A stretch of 64,000 nt of DNA, from assembly GCA_030390025.1 (NCBI GenBank), contig CM059433.1, positions 7,194,001 to 7,258,000 of the forward strand, in the 5' to 3' direction. The first letter of the stretch is position 1, and the number at the start of each line of letters is the position of its first letter. Of this stretch, positions 21,601-36,600 are shown one piece after another. The stretch comes from Squalus acanthias (lineage: Eukaryota). Position numbers and translations under genes: made by a program. The notes beneath the pieces are model-generated. The model was not told the DNA's origin, did not search any database, and was given only the letters and a program-made list of their open reading frames with translations.

Positions 21601-24600
21601 ATAAGAAGTGGTGGATGTTATAAGCTCTGGTTAGACTGTATCTGGAGTAACTGCGTTCAGTTCTGGGTACCGCACCTCAGGAAGGATGTATTGGCCTTGG
21701 AGGGGATGCAGTGCAGATTCAATGGAATGATATCAGGGTTAATAGGGTTAAATTATGAGGACAGGTTGCATAGACTAGGCTTGAATATAGAAGATTGAGG
21801 GATGATCTAATTGAGGTGTTTAAGATGATTAAAGGAGTTGACAGGGTAGATAGAGAGAAACTATTTCCTCTGGTGGGGGGAGTCCAGAATAAGGGGGCGT
21901 AACCTTAAAATTAAAGCCAGGCCGTTCAGGGGTGATGTCAGAAAGCACTTCTTCACACAAAGGGTAGCGGAAATCTGGAACTCTGTTCCACCAAAAAGCT
22001 GCTGAGGCTAGGTTAATTGAAAATTTCAAAACTGAGATTGATAGATTTTTGTTAGACAAGGGTATTGAAGGTTACGGAACCAAGGCGGGTAAATGGAGTT
22101 ACGATACAGGTCAGGCATGATCTAATTAAATGGCGCAACAGACTCGAGGGGCTGACTGGCCTACTTCTGTTCCTATGTTCTTACGTTCCTATGACTGTTT
22201 CAGTACTCTCCCGACCGGCCTGCCATTTTCCATTCTCTGAACTTCAGCTCATCCAAAGTTCTGCTGCCCATATTTCCCTGTTGGCCTCTGAGGGCAATGA
22301 TGGGTGTATCCATTTGGCAATCTTCCTACTTTTGATGCCTAAAACCATTTCTATGTCAGCCTTCGAAGTCTGGGCTTTTGATTCGCTGAAATTTTGAAAC
22401 TGATGAAAATGCAGTTTTTCAAAACTTGCCTTCAGCTGGCAAAATGAGGGACAGAAGAAAACACATTGGGAAATAAAAGCTTTTATTTAAATTTGCTATT
22501 TTAGAGGGGAAATAAAGCTGAAGAAAGATAGGTTAGATAGGGGGAAATAATAAATTAATATTTTTTTAAATGAGGAAAATAGGGACTATATGATGAGCAG
22601 CTTTGTAGTGTTCAAATGTTATTGTTTGCTCATAGTTTAGTGTTTAAGTTAAAATCGCTGCTTGAGCAGCTTTATTACTGTAATAGTATTTTCTGCTTGG
22701 CGGCTACTCGGAGACTTGGGAGTTGATGTAATCGGGTAATAGCACATATTGCCTTTGAATATTCAATTTTTAGAAGATCACTGTTACACATTATGCAAAA
22801 CCCGAGCAGAATTAAACAATGGACATGGAAATGGAGTTTTTAATTTTCTAGCAGCTAAATTTATGGCCTCCCTTCAGGAGTTCCCTAATCAGGCTTTGCA
22901 GCAAATCCTGACTTGTGCGGGATTAACACAAACCTGTGTCTATCTAGAAATGTCAAGTTGATATGGACAGATAGATGCCACTGAGTGTTAACAGCATTTT
23001 TATGGTTGCCACTTTTTACTCTCTGCAATGAACGCAGTATTTTCACAGTAAAAAAAATTGGTAATTGTTGCCAGAATGTTTCAAAATAGTATTTTGTAAA
23101 AGTTCTTAACAATGTGATAGATTTTCAGCACCACAAGTGCTAATAATTATTTATTAATTACATACCACGCCTATTGAGAGCAGGAATTGAACCCGAGAGC
23201 TTCTGTTGTCTATGGCTCAGCTGCACCCCTCCATTATCAACTCTCATTGGAAGACCACTTTAATTAACATTCTGATGCCCTAACTCAAAATAAAATAATT
23301 GTAAAGGCTGAATCAATGTTGAAGAAACTGTAAACTAAAGGATCAGAAGTCTAATTGTATCAAACTTGTGTTTTTAAATAAAAGGTGAACCAAGTTCAAA
23401 AGTACGGGCTCTTATCGATGAAGAGGATTTTACTGCCAGAATTATTACTGATGAAGGGGAGTATAACATAGAGGTATTCATGACTTTAATTTACCTTTTT
23501 TTAAAAAGTCAAGTCTTGAAACCCTGCAGTACTTAATAGAAGTTCAACACAAAACCTGTCTATATAATGCGGTGAAGAAGAATTGCGCTTAAAAATACAT
23601 ACGTTAGAGTTGAAAAGTTTAAGGATATTGGATTTTAATACACGTATAAACCATATAAGTTTACAGCACAGAAGGAGACCATTTGGCCCATCCTGTCTGT
23701 GCCAGCTCTTTGCAGGAGTGGTCCAAAACTAATCCCACCACCCACTCTCTCATCATAGCCCTGTATCCTCCTCTGCTTCAAATACTTATCTAATGTTTCC
23801 TTAAAAGATGCAATGATCTCTGCCTCAACCACACTGTTCCATCCTCCCACAACCCGCTGCGTAAATAAATTTCTCCTACCCCCCTCTCCTCGCTCGCTTA
23901 GTGATGATTTTAAATTGATAACTATTTGTCGCAGATTCTTCAACCAGAAGAAATTGTCTTTCCCCATTCACTCTGTAAAATCCTTCATTATTTTAATTTC
24001 CTCTCCTAGATCTCCTCTTGGCCTTTTTTGCACCAATGGGAATAGTCCTAGTACATCAAGTCTCTCCTGATTACTATAGTTTCCCATCCCTAGTATCATT
24101 GTGGTAAATCTGCACACTACGCTCTCTCGGTCTTTAGCATCCTTTTTATAATGTGCCCGAAACTGCACACAGTACTCTTGCCTAACCAGTGTTTTGTACA
24201 AATTTATCATTACTTCTTTACTCTTATACTCTATGCCAATGTTCCCTTTAAATTTTTTTGGGTGCGCAGCCTATTCAAAATATCGCGCATGCGCGGTTTT
24301 TCCCGTTTTTAAAAGCCGGTGAGCCAGCTGCACGGGGCCTCCAGAGCGCAGCTTAAAGGGAACATTGTTCTAGGCCCCTATTTATAAAGTCAAAAATGCT
24401 GTTGGCCTTTTTTATGGCTGAAGTATGCTCATGGAGCATTTGTATTCTATTTGCTTGGGTGGAGCACTGTAGATAAATATCAGTTATCGGATCCAGTTCA
24501 ACCCTGAGCTGAGCTTTAAATCTCACACTTTACCCATTGCCAAGACTGTTTTCAACTACACAACATTGCTCGTCTCTCTGCCACTGAAACTTTTATTCAT

Positions 24601-27600
24601 GCTTTTGTCACCTCTAGACTCAACTATTCCAATATCCTCGTTTCTGGCTGCTTATCCTTCACCCTCCACAAACTCTTTCTTCTGAAACGCAACTACCTGT
24701 GTTCTGCTTGCCCATTACCCCGTCCTCACTGACTTACACTGACACTTTGACCTCCAAAGTATTATGTTTAAACTTTGTCTTTGTCTTCAATTCCTTCCAT
24801 GGCCTTGCTCCACCCTACCTTTGCAACCTCCTCTAATCTATTGTCTCCCTCCTCACTAGAGTCTTCTGACTCTAGCCTATTCTGCATCCCCGCTCCCTTC
24901 AGCTGTCAGTGTCAGCCGTGGCTCAGTGGGTAGCACACTCGCCTCCGAGTCAGAAGGTTGTGGGTTCAAGTCCCACTCCAGGGACTTGAGCACATAAAGC
25001 TAAGCTGACACTCCAGTGCAGTGCTGAGGGAGTGCTGCACTGTCAGAGGTGCCGTCTTTCAGATGAGACGTTAAACTGAGGCCCCGTCTGCTCTCTCAGG
25101 TGGACCTAAAAGATCCCATGGTGCTATTTCGAAGAAGAGCAGGGGAGTTATCCCCGGTGTCCTGGCCAATATTTCTCCCTCAACCAACATAACATAAAAA
25201 ACAGATTATCTGGTCATTATCACATTGCTGTTTGTGGCTGTCACGTTTCCCACATTACAACAGTAACTACACTCCAAAAGTACTTCATTGGCTGTAAAGC
25301 GCTTTCAGACATCCGGTGGTCGTGAAAGGCGCTATATAAATGCAAGTCTTTTTTTTCTTTTCTTTCACTCTGTAATTGGTGATCAAGCCTTCACTCTAGA
25401 AGTCCATTCTTCTTTGCCTCTATCTCTCTCTCTCCCTTTGAAAGCCTCCTAAAAAAAAGTCCTCTCTTTGACCAGGCTTGGTTACACCTCGGTATATTTC
25501 CATTTGTGAAGGGCTTTGGGACTGTATTTTGTGTCAAACAAGAAAGACTTGCACTTCTATAACGCCTTTCACCAACTCTGGACGTCCCACAGCGCTTTAC
25601 AGCTAATGAAGTACTTTTGAAGTGTAGCCTCTGTTGTAATGTAGGAAACGCGCTATACAAATGCAGGTTCTTTTAATTTTAGTAGATCCTTTTATGAAGT
25701 TAGTGAAAGTGAGTTGTGAAATCTCGGTTCGATTTTTACTCGTATTTATAACTTTTTTAATTCCGGTTTCTAGCCACTATGGAGGTTTATTGACTCTGCG
25801 CCTGTTGAAAAATTGTTGGTGTACAAATCTGAAGATGTCCGGGAAATTGGACGATTAAAGTCATCAAATGTTTGTGGTTATATAAAGCTGAATGATTCTG
25901 AGCTTATGCCAGAAGAAGTTGACGATGATGAGGACGATGATTTTGATATAGATGCGTCTACAGGTAGGTGTATTTGAGAAACTGCTATCTTATTGTGTTG
26001 ATTTTCTGTTACGTGGTCTCCTCCATTCCGTAAAGTGGTCTTCAGCCAATATGCTGTTGGCATTCTGGTTTCAAGCCGATATAGAGATTTATTGGCTCTG
26101 GGCCGATTGAAATATTGTTGGTGTACAGCTCTCAAGATGTTTGGGAAAGTCCTTTTCTTAATAGTACTAGACGTGTTTGGCTTGCTACCCTCTAATTTCC
26201 TCTGAAATTATTTAAGCAGGAGTTTAAATTCTGTAATCACTACTGAAACCCCTTCTCAGTCACTAGCAATACAGTACCTGTCTTGCGAGCCTAAGAGTTG
26301 TGCTCACTTTGTGGATATTCCAAACACATTTTACCAACTGAGGTAAAAATACAGAGGCTAGTGTTGCCTTTTATGGAACATAGCACACCTAAATGTAGGG
26401 CCACGCTATTGAACAGAGATGACTGATATTAAGGGGTTAAAAATCTTCAGGGTATGTAGGTTATGGTTTCTTGTACTCAGTTTGTACAGTTTATAGGAAA
26501 ATTTACCCTTTGGTTTTAAATCAAACATGATATTACCATTCATTAGTGTATGCAAATCATTTTGTAAAGGGAGCTTGGGTATTGAGCCCTCAACTGAGAA
26601 CTTGGTTCTATTTCTATGGTACAATCCAAGTTCTTCTGAAGCTGATGAACTCTCCATCTATTGAATGGCTCCTTTGCATTCTTAATATTGTGCAGTAACA
26701 TTTTGTTTCTGTCCTTGTACTACTTTCCATTCCCTTTTGTTTTATGAAGGTGCAGGGAACCTGGACTTGTGCCTCTGCTGTCAAAAGGATAGACAGGTGA
26801 ACTACCCCTATATCTCCATCAGTGCCCACTTTGGCTCCTAGGAATTACTGCCCAGGCAGGACATCTCTATTATGTTGTGTAATAGAAACAGGCAAGATAG
26901 ATGGATAAATTGAGTTATGCTAAAAGATGTGTCTTAAACAATTTGAACACTTATTTTCTACATTTTATTTATTACATTGGGAAGATGAGATATGATATAT
27001 GATCCAAGTGTTTAAAATAACCAGTAGAGAGGCATTTTGTGTTGAAGCAGAAAGAGGATGAGGAGTGGGTTTTATAAGTTAAGAAAGCAATTTGAAATAA
27101 TTAAGGAAGTAACTACTTCAGTCAGTCATTGCATACAAATTCAGAGATGAGTTGGATATAGTGTGATAGGCAATATTATAGGTTCTGAGCACACTTCTGA
27201 TGCAAAGCTTTTCTGTTGCTCAGAAACCACATATTGATGTAAAGTGTTTACTTTTCCTTCTTATTAATGGAAGGGTGCTTCAGGTCTCTTTGGAAACCGT
27301 TGCATTTGGTATAAGCCAGTGACGACTGAATGAGCTTAATGCATTCAAAAAGAAAATAGGCACATTCCTGATTCACAGAGAGCAGAGTCGAATTAAGATG
27401 ACACCAAGAACATTCTTGGCCTCTCCGCAGCCCCCACACACTTTTCCCCTCTCTCCATCCCACCCCCATATCCCCGATCCATTAAAACCTACCCCATCGG
27501 AGGACTGGGGCGCTGTTCTTCGGTGCTGGGATTCACAAATGCCTTATTCTTATGGGATCGGGTGCCGGGGTGGGGGTTGAATTCCTCAGGTTATTACAGG

Positions 27601-30600
27601 CGGGAAGCCTATTTGGACATGGCTCACCGCCCCTGGCGGGGGTCCTATATTTGGCTGGGGCCTCTAGGTGCAGGCCCGTGCTTTAATGAACCCTGGGAAA
27701 AAGAGGGATATGATTCTAAATGGAGGATTATGGTCTGTGCCAGGTCCTGAAAAAAAAAAATACCCAAAGGACAAGAGAAGCTAGTTTGCAGTCCACTTTT
27801 TTTCATTCAATATGTTTGAAATGCTCTATTGATGTTAACTACATTTGACAAGGTTTCTTTTTCTCAGTCCTTTCCAAATGGAGAGTATTTTTGAATTTCT
27901 TTTTTGATAAAAGACACTCTCCAAATTGTTCACCATTTCTTTGCCTACTTTATTTTTCTACAGGGGAAACTCCTGAGCATTGAAATGCAAAGTCCCTTGA
28001 CTATTACAATCTTCCAATCAATTGGAGATCGTTCTGATCCTGAAATGTAGTTGAATTTTCTTGCTTTCTGGTCCATGCCTGCTATGATAGAGCAGAGGTC
28101 ACTGATGATTCGACTGGAATATGTTTGTTGTCATTAAAGAAAAACTGAACAAATGAGGATATGTGCTTTGGGTTAATAGAGAAATTGGCACTCATCTTGC
28201 ACAGAAGCAAAATGTTATCTCCCAGAGTTGATGAGCTAGATAATAGGTCCTCATGAAATGGTATTGAATGCTTCAGTATTATGCAGTGGCCTGATGATTG
28301 GTTTATTGTTTATTTTGTGCAAATACTGTTGGCTGAACACTTAAATCTGTGGAGGGTGGAATTTTACTGTGGTTATCACTCGGACTCTTGCAAATCCCAA
28401 ATTTGGAACAGCTTGAAAAGCTTTGTTCAACTTGGAAGTGTGTTCAGACTTGTGACACATGAATGTGATCTCCAAAACACCAGTAAAAATTCTGTAATCT
28501 AATACATGGCTCATATTGCTCGTCTCTATACTTGTCTGCAATCCAGTCTCTGATCGTTTCATATTGCTGCATAGCTAAATACTGATCCCAGCACCCACCT
28601 TTTCAACTCTCTGACTCACAATACAATATGCAACAATCTTAGGCACTAGAAATGCCTCATGCTTTGTCATGATACTGTTTGAAACTCAAACTCCCAGTGC
28701 CTGTTTTCACTTGTGCAGTCGTTTCGTTTTCTTCTTTTCCCCAACAACTTCCACCACAAACCCTGGACCAATGCTATGGCGGGCGCCCCTGATGCCCGAG
28801 CAACTGGTGCCAGAGATAATTTAAGATTATCAGTTATCATTTTGCTCTTTACTGATGTGGACCATCTAGTTCTATTGTTTACCCGTTGACTGGTTTCTCC
28901 TTATAAGGAAACTTTGATTAGCTGCCGGTGATTTCTGTTTCCCTAGACCTGACGGGCTGCTAAAAGGGCTTTTTGTTCATTCTCTTTGTGTTCTGTTAGC
29001 CCCACTTGAGGTTACAAACCTCTTGCTAAATGGCTGTGGATTTGCACATTTTGTTACCTTTATAAGCAAGGCCACTGATTTGAGGTTTTCACACACAAAT
29101 GGATGGAATTGCTGAATATGATCTCCAAAACACCAGTAAAAATTCTGTAATCCCATGTAATATTTAACCTATTCAGTCATTATCATCCAGTGTGCCTAAT
29201 TATAAATGGATGAAATTTTAGAATGTAATTCCCAAAACAGTGGTCAGAATCCTTTAAGAAAACAGCATTTAACTTATTCAGTCACAGTAAAACAGGGAGT
29301 CTGCTTATTAAGTAAAATATGCACTTTTCCCCTAAGCTGGTTGGAAACTTCACCTTATACAGGACCCTTTTTAATCTTTTAGTGCCATTATATTACAGAT
29401 ACCAGTCTCCGACAGCTACCCATAAAGTGTAATGCTCAGCTGGCAGACCTGAGTAATGCTGCCAGCTGTGCTTCATGTTGAGCACTGGGTATTTGGTCCC
29501 AAGTGGTTCATTTTTCATGTTGCAAGAGTGGATAAGAACAGTAGCTTTCTCAAGATTTTTGTAGTAAGTTTTAAGAAGGTCTTTGGCAGTTCTATGGATG
29601 GATATGCACTTTTAAACAGTGGCTTTGTACTGGACTGGAGTTATAATGCATCCTGTGCGAAGCTCAAGCGGTTGTAAGATTATGGCCCGGATTTTGCGGC
29701 CAGCAGCGAAGGGACGCCACTCACCGCTGACCTTGAAGAAAGCTGCCCACAAAGATTTAGCGGGCTGTAGAGCATCGATTTGCCCAATCCGACATGACTT
29801 TCAATCTGCCGCCATCTATAGGGGATCTGTGGCTTCGAACAACAGTCATGTCATCAAGCAGGCCGAGCAGCCAATCAGATCGAAGAATTCTCAGACTGCA
29901 AACCAGGAAGTAAAAAGCACGGAATATAATTCACTTTTTAATCATTTTACAGAAAGCGAAATAAAGATTGGGACATACACATGGGATTAAGGTAGAAGCT
30001 GAAATATCATAAACTTTAAAGAAATAAAAATAAATGTTATTTTAAATATCATGGAATGGAGGGAATGACTATTCACACTTATAAAATTAGATTTTCCGGG
30101 CCAGAGAGGTTGTTCAGTCATTGTGACTTGGTACGCTGTTTAAAAACTCAGTTACACCTCATTCAACAAGGCTTAACATTTTCAATGGTTTTTACAGCGA
30201 GAATAGTGCATAAAAGTTTGAAGTTCATGTCAAATCACTGATTTTGTGTTGATTGCATCTGCCAAGACTGCAACAGCGCACCCTGTAGAGGAGCAGAGTA
30301 TCACTGACAGCATCTTCTGGATTTCCGTGTTTAACTGTGCATGTGCGGACGCCAGAAGTTGCTGTCAGTTTTACAGTAATGACGGCGAACGCTGACTGTT
30401 TCGTCATAGTTACAACTGCAAATTTTGGGTCATTGTGCTGGAGGTGATCGTGTACACCTTGGCTTCATTGTGTTCCGGAGTCAGATCACCAACCTGGGCT
30501 GTACTACCATTGTGGTTGCAAATCTGAAACTGCTTTGCCTTCATGCAGAAGTTTTAGTATAACTATTTTATTTTCATTTCCTGTTTTTAAACTGTGCAGA

Positions 30601-33600
30601 GCTGAACATGCTGAATACCATTGTAGGAAGTGAGGACAGCATGGACTATATTAACTTTTTTTAGGTCGGAAATTTTACAAGTAAAACAGGATGTAAAATC
30701 ATTGTGGTATTCCTTAATGAAAGGGGAAGATACTTAATGCAACAAGGTGTTTTTTTAAGTAAAGAATTTACCCAAGCCTTAAAGGGGTGGTTTGGAATTT
30801 TTTTGTTCAGACAGGCTTTAACCCAATTCTTAAGTTTATGATTCTTGAGCCTTAGGTTTGTGGTTGTTGAGTAGAGTGATTGTTTCAAAAATGAAGGCAT
30901 TCTAAGCAATTGTATGTTATTTTAGATGTTTCTAGTTCATCTCCCTTGAGAGCCAGACCAACTGGTAAATTATACTTTTTGCATTTAAAAAAAAAGTCAA
31001 ACTTAAATGTCTACCTCGACATCAGATGGAGTGGTTTTGCCTAACCACCTGTTAGGTTTTTGGTCAGCCCAGGTTCAATCCATACTACTTTGAAATGTTT
31101 ATAGGTAGGGTCAGAGTAGATGTGATGTTTTCTTATACTATAGCTGCTGTTCTCTTCAACTTGGGTAGTTCCCTCCAGTGTATCCCTTTCATGTACTATG
31201 ACTGAAGATATAGCTACTCTTCTCTTCATTCTCCTTCCATTTTGGGAACAGTGATTCTATCCAATGCAGTGTCATCTATTTATATGGGCAATACTGTACA
31301 TGGAGGAATATGTACAGTGCTTTTGGTTTATGTAGTTTGCTTTCATTCTTCCTCTTTCTATGCCTCGATCCCTACCCAAGTATGGTTTTGGTTGGGATTT
31401 TATTGGCTGGACTGGTAAAAGGCTAAAGAGAAAAGATTGTAAAACAATATTTGCAAATTGCAATAAGACTCTACCTTGAAAGTGTTAGAACATGAGAGTT
31501 AGGAGCAGGAGTAGGCCACATGGCCCCTCAAGCCTGCTCCGCCATTCAATAAGATGGCTGATCTTTGACCTCAACTCTATTTTCCTGCCTGATCTCCATA
31601 TCCCTTGATTCCCCATGGAGTCCAAAAATCTATCTATCTCCGCCTTGAATATACTCAATGATTCAGCATCCACTGCCCTTGGGGCAGAGAATTCCAAAGA
31701 TTCACAACCCTCTGAGTGAAGAAATTCCTCCTCCACCTCCTCAGTCTTAAATGGCCGACCCCTTATCCTAAGACTGCCCCCTAGTTCTAGACACTCTCCA
31801 GCCAGGGGAAACAACATCTCAGCATCTACCCTGTCAATCCCCCTCAGAATCTTGTATGTTTCAATGAGATCACCTCTCATTCTTCTAAACTCCTGGAAGA
31901 TTGCTCAATCTACTCAATATCTCCTCATGAGTCAGCCCTCTCATCCCAGGAATCAATCTAGTGAACCTTCGTTGCACCGCCTCTAAGGCAAGTATATCCT
32001 TCCTCAGATAAGGGGACTGAAACTGCACGGTACTCCAGGTGTGGTTTCACCAAAGCCCTGTACAATTGTAACAAGACTTCCTTACTCTTGTACTCCAACC
32101 CCCTTGCAATAAAGGCCAACATGCCATTTGCCTTCCTACTTGCTTGCTGTACCTGCATGCTAGCTTTGTTCCCTGTACGAGGACACCTAAATCTCTCTCA
32201 ACATCAACATATTTATTAGTTTCTCACCATTTAAAAAAAAAAAAAATATTCTGTTTTTCTATTCTTCCTACCAAAGTGAATAACCTCACATTTCCCCACA
32301 TTATACTCCATCTGCCACCTTATTGCCCATTCACTTAACCTGCCTATATCCCTTTGCAGGCTCTTTGCGTCCTCCTCACAGCTTACTTTCCCACCTAGCT
32401 TTGTATCATCAGCAAACTTGGATACATTGCACTCGGTCCCTTCATCCAAGTCATTAATATAGATTGTAAATAGCTGAGGCCCCAGCACTGATCCCTTTAC
32501 AGTTGCCCCCAGGTATGGAATTTTCTAGTTTGGATGCTTGGCTGCTAATGGCTTTGGATCAAGTTATTTCATTGTAAAGAACAAATTAGTTATCCCTCGT
32601 TTACTGAGGTAGCTTGGAATAAAAACCTTGATGAGAAAATTTCAGATGAGCAATAGGAGGCCATTTCTTAAGATGCACAATATTTGCCAAAAACCGACTG
32701 GGGAGTGTGGCTTGAAATTGTGTGGATCTGCTAATCATCAGCGTGCTTTTACTTCTGAAAGCTGTTGGTGCCTGATGAATGTTAGAAAAGCGTAGAGGAG
32801 TTGGTGACCTCTGGGGCTCAACAGTTGAGGGTGAAGCTTCACCTTCAAACTAAATTCCCCTTTGGTGTGTTTCAGGGATCTCGGTGGAGAGTCCTATATA
32901 TGCTACTGTAGATGTATTTTGATCATTTAGGTTCAGGTAGTGCTGCAATTGCCATCTGTCTGGGGTAACCTGATCTGGAAATGGTTCAAATGGAGAGTAA
33001 TTTGGTGAGATTCACTCAGATCTTTACTCCCTTTCTACAGTGCTGAGAGTTGGTGTTGAGTGCAAGACACCTGCAAACCTCCTGTGGAGGTGACGGATGG
33101 AAGTTCTGGAAGCTGCTTCTTCACTCCTGCTAAGATATTGGTGATCCCCTGGACCTTGGTTGTTGGCTGACTTTGCAGTTCTCTTGTTACTTCGGATGAT
33201 GTGTATTTTTTCCTTGGTACCTTTTCTCTCCTTATCCCCTTTCCTTTTCCCTCCTTCATTAGCAGTTACTGCAGGATACCTATAATGGGTCCTTTCATTT
33301 CTGGAGAGGAGGTACCTAGGTGGACGTGGTCATTGTCCTGTTCTCCATCTTTGATGCTGTGTTTTTACATATATTTCAGCACATGCTCTCTGCTTCTCTA
33401 GCCGCACACTGTCAAGCTAAGTCAAAGTAATGTATATATTTTTTTAAGACCTGCCTCTCTCTTTCGCTACAAAATCCTGAAACAGTTTGAGAAAGAACTA
33501 CTGGTATTTTAAGAAAAAAAACAACAATCCAACTTGGAGTTTCTGGCGAGGGTTTGTTGCTTGTGTGGTTGCCAGTCTGTGATTCCCTCCCCCCTCTTTT

Positions 33601-36600
33601 ATATTAATGGACAGGAAAGTCACAGGCTGGTTAAGTGCAGAAGTAGAAAACCGTGGCCTGTACTTGTTTGGTATTGCGAAGACGAGAGAAGAACTCAGCA
33701 GGTCTGCTTTTGTATAAAGGTGATTACAAGCCCATAGCTTTTAAATGGTGCTAACCGTGATTAACAAAATGAGCAATGCTTACAGATCTACAGTTCTAGT
33801 ATTGACGAGCACTGTCTGGATTGTAGAACACTACAGCTTAAAAGATTGAAGGGCAGTCAAGTTCTAACCTGCTGTATGATAGCTTTTGTGTAGGTGGATT
33901 TTAAAATTTGACATTTACTCCCTTTTTTTAAATGTAGCTTTCTCCTATTCTCTGCTGCCTCATTACTTCTCTTCAGCTGAGTATGGTAGTGCTGTCTGAC
34001 TCTAGTTAACTTGCGGTGCCTAAGATGAAGCATTTGTCTTTGACACCCCTCTGACAAACACAGTGGGCAAGGTTTCTTCATTTAATTGGATAAACAACCT
34101 CTTTCCAAATTAAATGTGTACAAATCTTGTAAATAGCATGTTACAGCACATAAATACATGATTTGGCTCATCAAGTTTTGCACTGGTGCATGTGTTAATA
34201 TACCTGCTGCCTTATAGTGTTACCTTGGCTCAGTTAGCACTTTAGCCTCTGGGTCAGAAAGTTGTGGATTTAAGTTGCACTCCAGGAGTTGAGTGCAGAA
34301 TCTGAGCGGACACTCCAGGCACTGTTGAGAATTTTGCATTGTAAAGATAGCATTCTTTGGATGGGATGCTAAATTAGGATCCAGTCTACAATTGATGTTG
34401 AGGATCCCATTGCACTATTTGACATGATGTTCTTCATTATGTCCCGGCCAACATTTTTTTCTCAACCACCAAAAAACCCCCATTTAATTCATATCACTGC
34501 TATTTGTGAGATGTTGCTGGCACAGAATGGCTATTGTTTGCTTACGTAATTCACTGCAAAAACTAAATTGGTCGTGTGAAATGCTTTGACGCATTTCAAC
34601 AATGTGAAGTAGAAGTACTTTTCTTTTTGCGACCAACTTTCTTCAGGTCTCCCTGATCTGACTCAACTCCACAAACCTCCTATATTGCATTAGACGACAT
34701 GCATTGTATCAGTGTTACTGCGTTATATATAAAATCTGGCAGTCTTTAGTTTGACTGGTTACAAGAGCCATCAGATTTTGGCAAATCAGTTCTGCGTACA
34801 TAAATAGGCTATAAGCCGCTTACACTATATTGGACATTTTCCACCTGAGGAATTCTTTGTGCGAACCAGCAGTCTGTCATTCTATTGCATGGTGCATTAA
34901 TTCTCCATGGTTTGTGTTTTTATCTTGCTTATCTAAAGTGTTCAAGTATCTGCTGTATAAACTTGTACTGGATGATCCCATAGTTCAAGTATTATACCAT
35001 CTTTGTGTGTTGTATCCATGCATGCACAGATGTCTGATTCGAAGCAATATCTTGTTTTTGCTTAAGAAAATTAAGACATAAATCCAACCCTTTTGAAATG
35101 ATTAATTCAGAAATGTTAATTGTTTGACAGAATACATCCAGCGGCAGAAACGACAAAAGTTCCCTCTAGATCCCGAGAAGAATACTTGCAAAATGCTAGT
35201 TGTAGCAGATTATCGCTTTTTCAGGCACATGGGGCGTGGTGAAGAGAGCATCACCATTAATTATTTGGTAAGCAACCCCAAAGATGAGTACATTTTTCTA
35301 CTGCAACACTACTGTACTTTTTACCTAACCTAAATAGTGGGTGGGATAAATTAATAAAGTGCATTTATGTTGACTTTCAATGCATATTTGGATTAAAAGT
35401 AAGCCTTTTAAGCATGAACATTTTTCTTCACGTTGACACTGGTGGAAGCTTGAGAACGTTTTGCCTGCTTGCCCATCAATTTGGTCACTGGTAGTGGAGA
35501 GAAAATTGGAGGGCAAATAACTTATTTCTCTCACTCTCCAAAAAAACAATACTAAACAGAGTAACAACACTAGTAAAATAATCCTTCACTTAAATGTTAA
35601 GTTATTAAGTATATCTTGAAAAGTACACTAAGCATGTGTTTTTAATCTGATGCAAAGTCTTTGGAACTTTCTATCATGGATTACAAAGGAACACTTGCCG
35701 GTAAGATTGAACTAAGAATTTAACACTTTTAACATCTACTTTAATCTGGCTTAGAATTTTCCTTTAAGTCGTACTTTTATTTATTTTCAAACTATTATTT
35801 AGGTGAAAGAAAACATTTTTGATTCTAGACCAGTGTGTTTAAAACATCATTTTTTTTTTAAATTAGGAAAATTAAATATAAACTTGGAGAACTAACTAAC
35901 TTCTTCCCACCTGCCCTTTTTATTGCATAGTTGTTTCTCCAGGAAGCATAAGGAGGTAAAGTGATGTACTGTATATCATGTTGCTTTTTGCTTCATGTAG
36001 TTAACCTTTTACAGATGACTTATTTTAAAATTAAAGTGAGCAAGTTCTTTCTCATTTTCTCTGTATAACCTATTGCCTGAATATGAATTTTCAAACTCTC
36101 CAGTTTTAAAAATATTTGCCACACTTGTACTTACAAATTATCTGGATAGGTTTGATCTGGCAATGTAATATCTCTTCATCTATATATAAAATGTAATGCA
36201 GAGGGAAAAGAAAACCAGTTGATCTTCAGAAATGTGATTGCATTACATAAGAAATAGGAGCAGGAATAGGCCACTTGGCCCCTCGAGCCTGCTCCGCCAT
36301 TCAATAAGATCATGGCTGATCTTGGGCTCAAAGTCACTTCCCTGCCCCCTCCCCTCCCCATAACCCATCACTCCCTTATCTTGCAAAAATCTGTCTATCT
36401 CCACCTTAAATGTATTTAATGACCCAGCCTCCACGGCTCTCTGGGGCAGAGAATTCCACAGATTTACGACCCTCTGAGAGAAGAAATTCCTCCTCATCTC
36501 AGTTCTAAAAGGGCGACCCTTTATTCTGAAACTATGCCCCTGAGTTCTAGATTTCCCCACGAGGGGAAACATCCTCTCTGCATCTACCTTGTCGAGCCCC

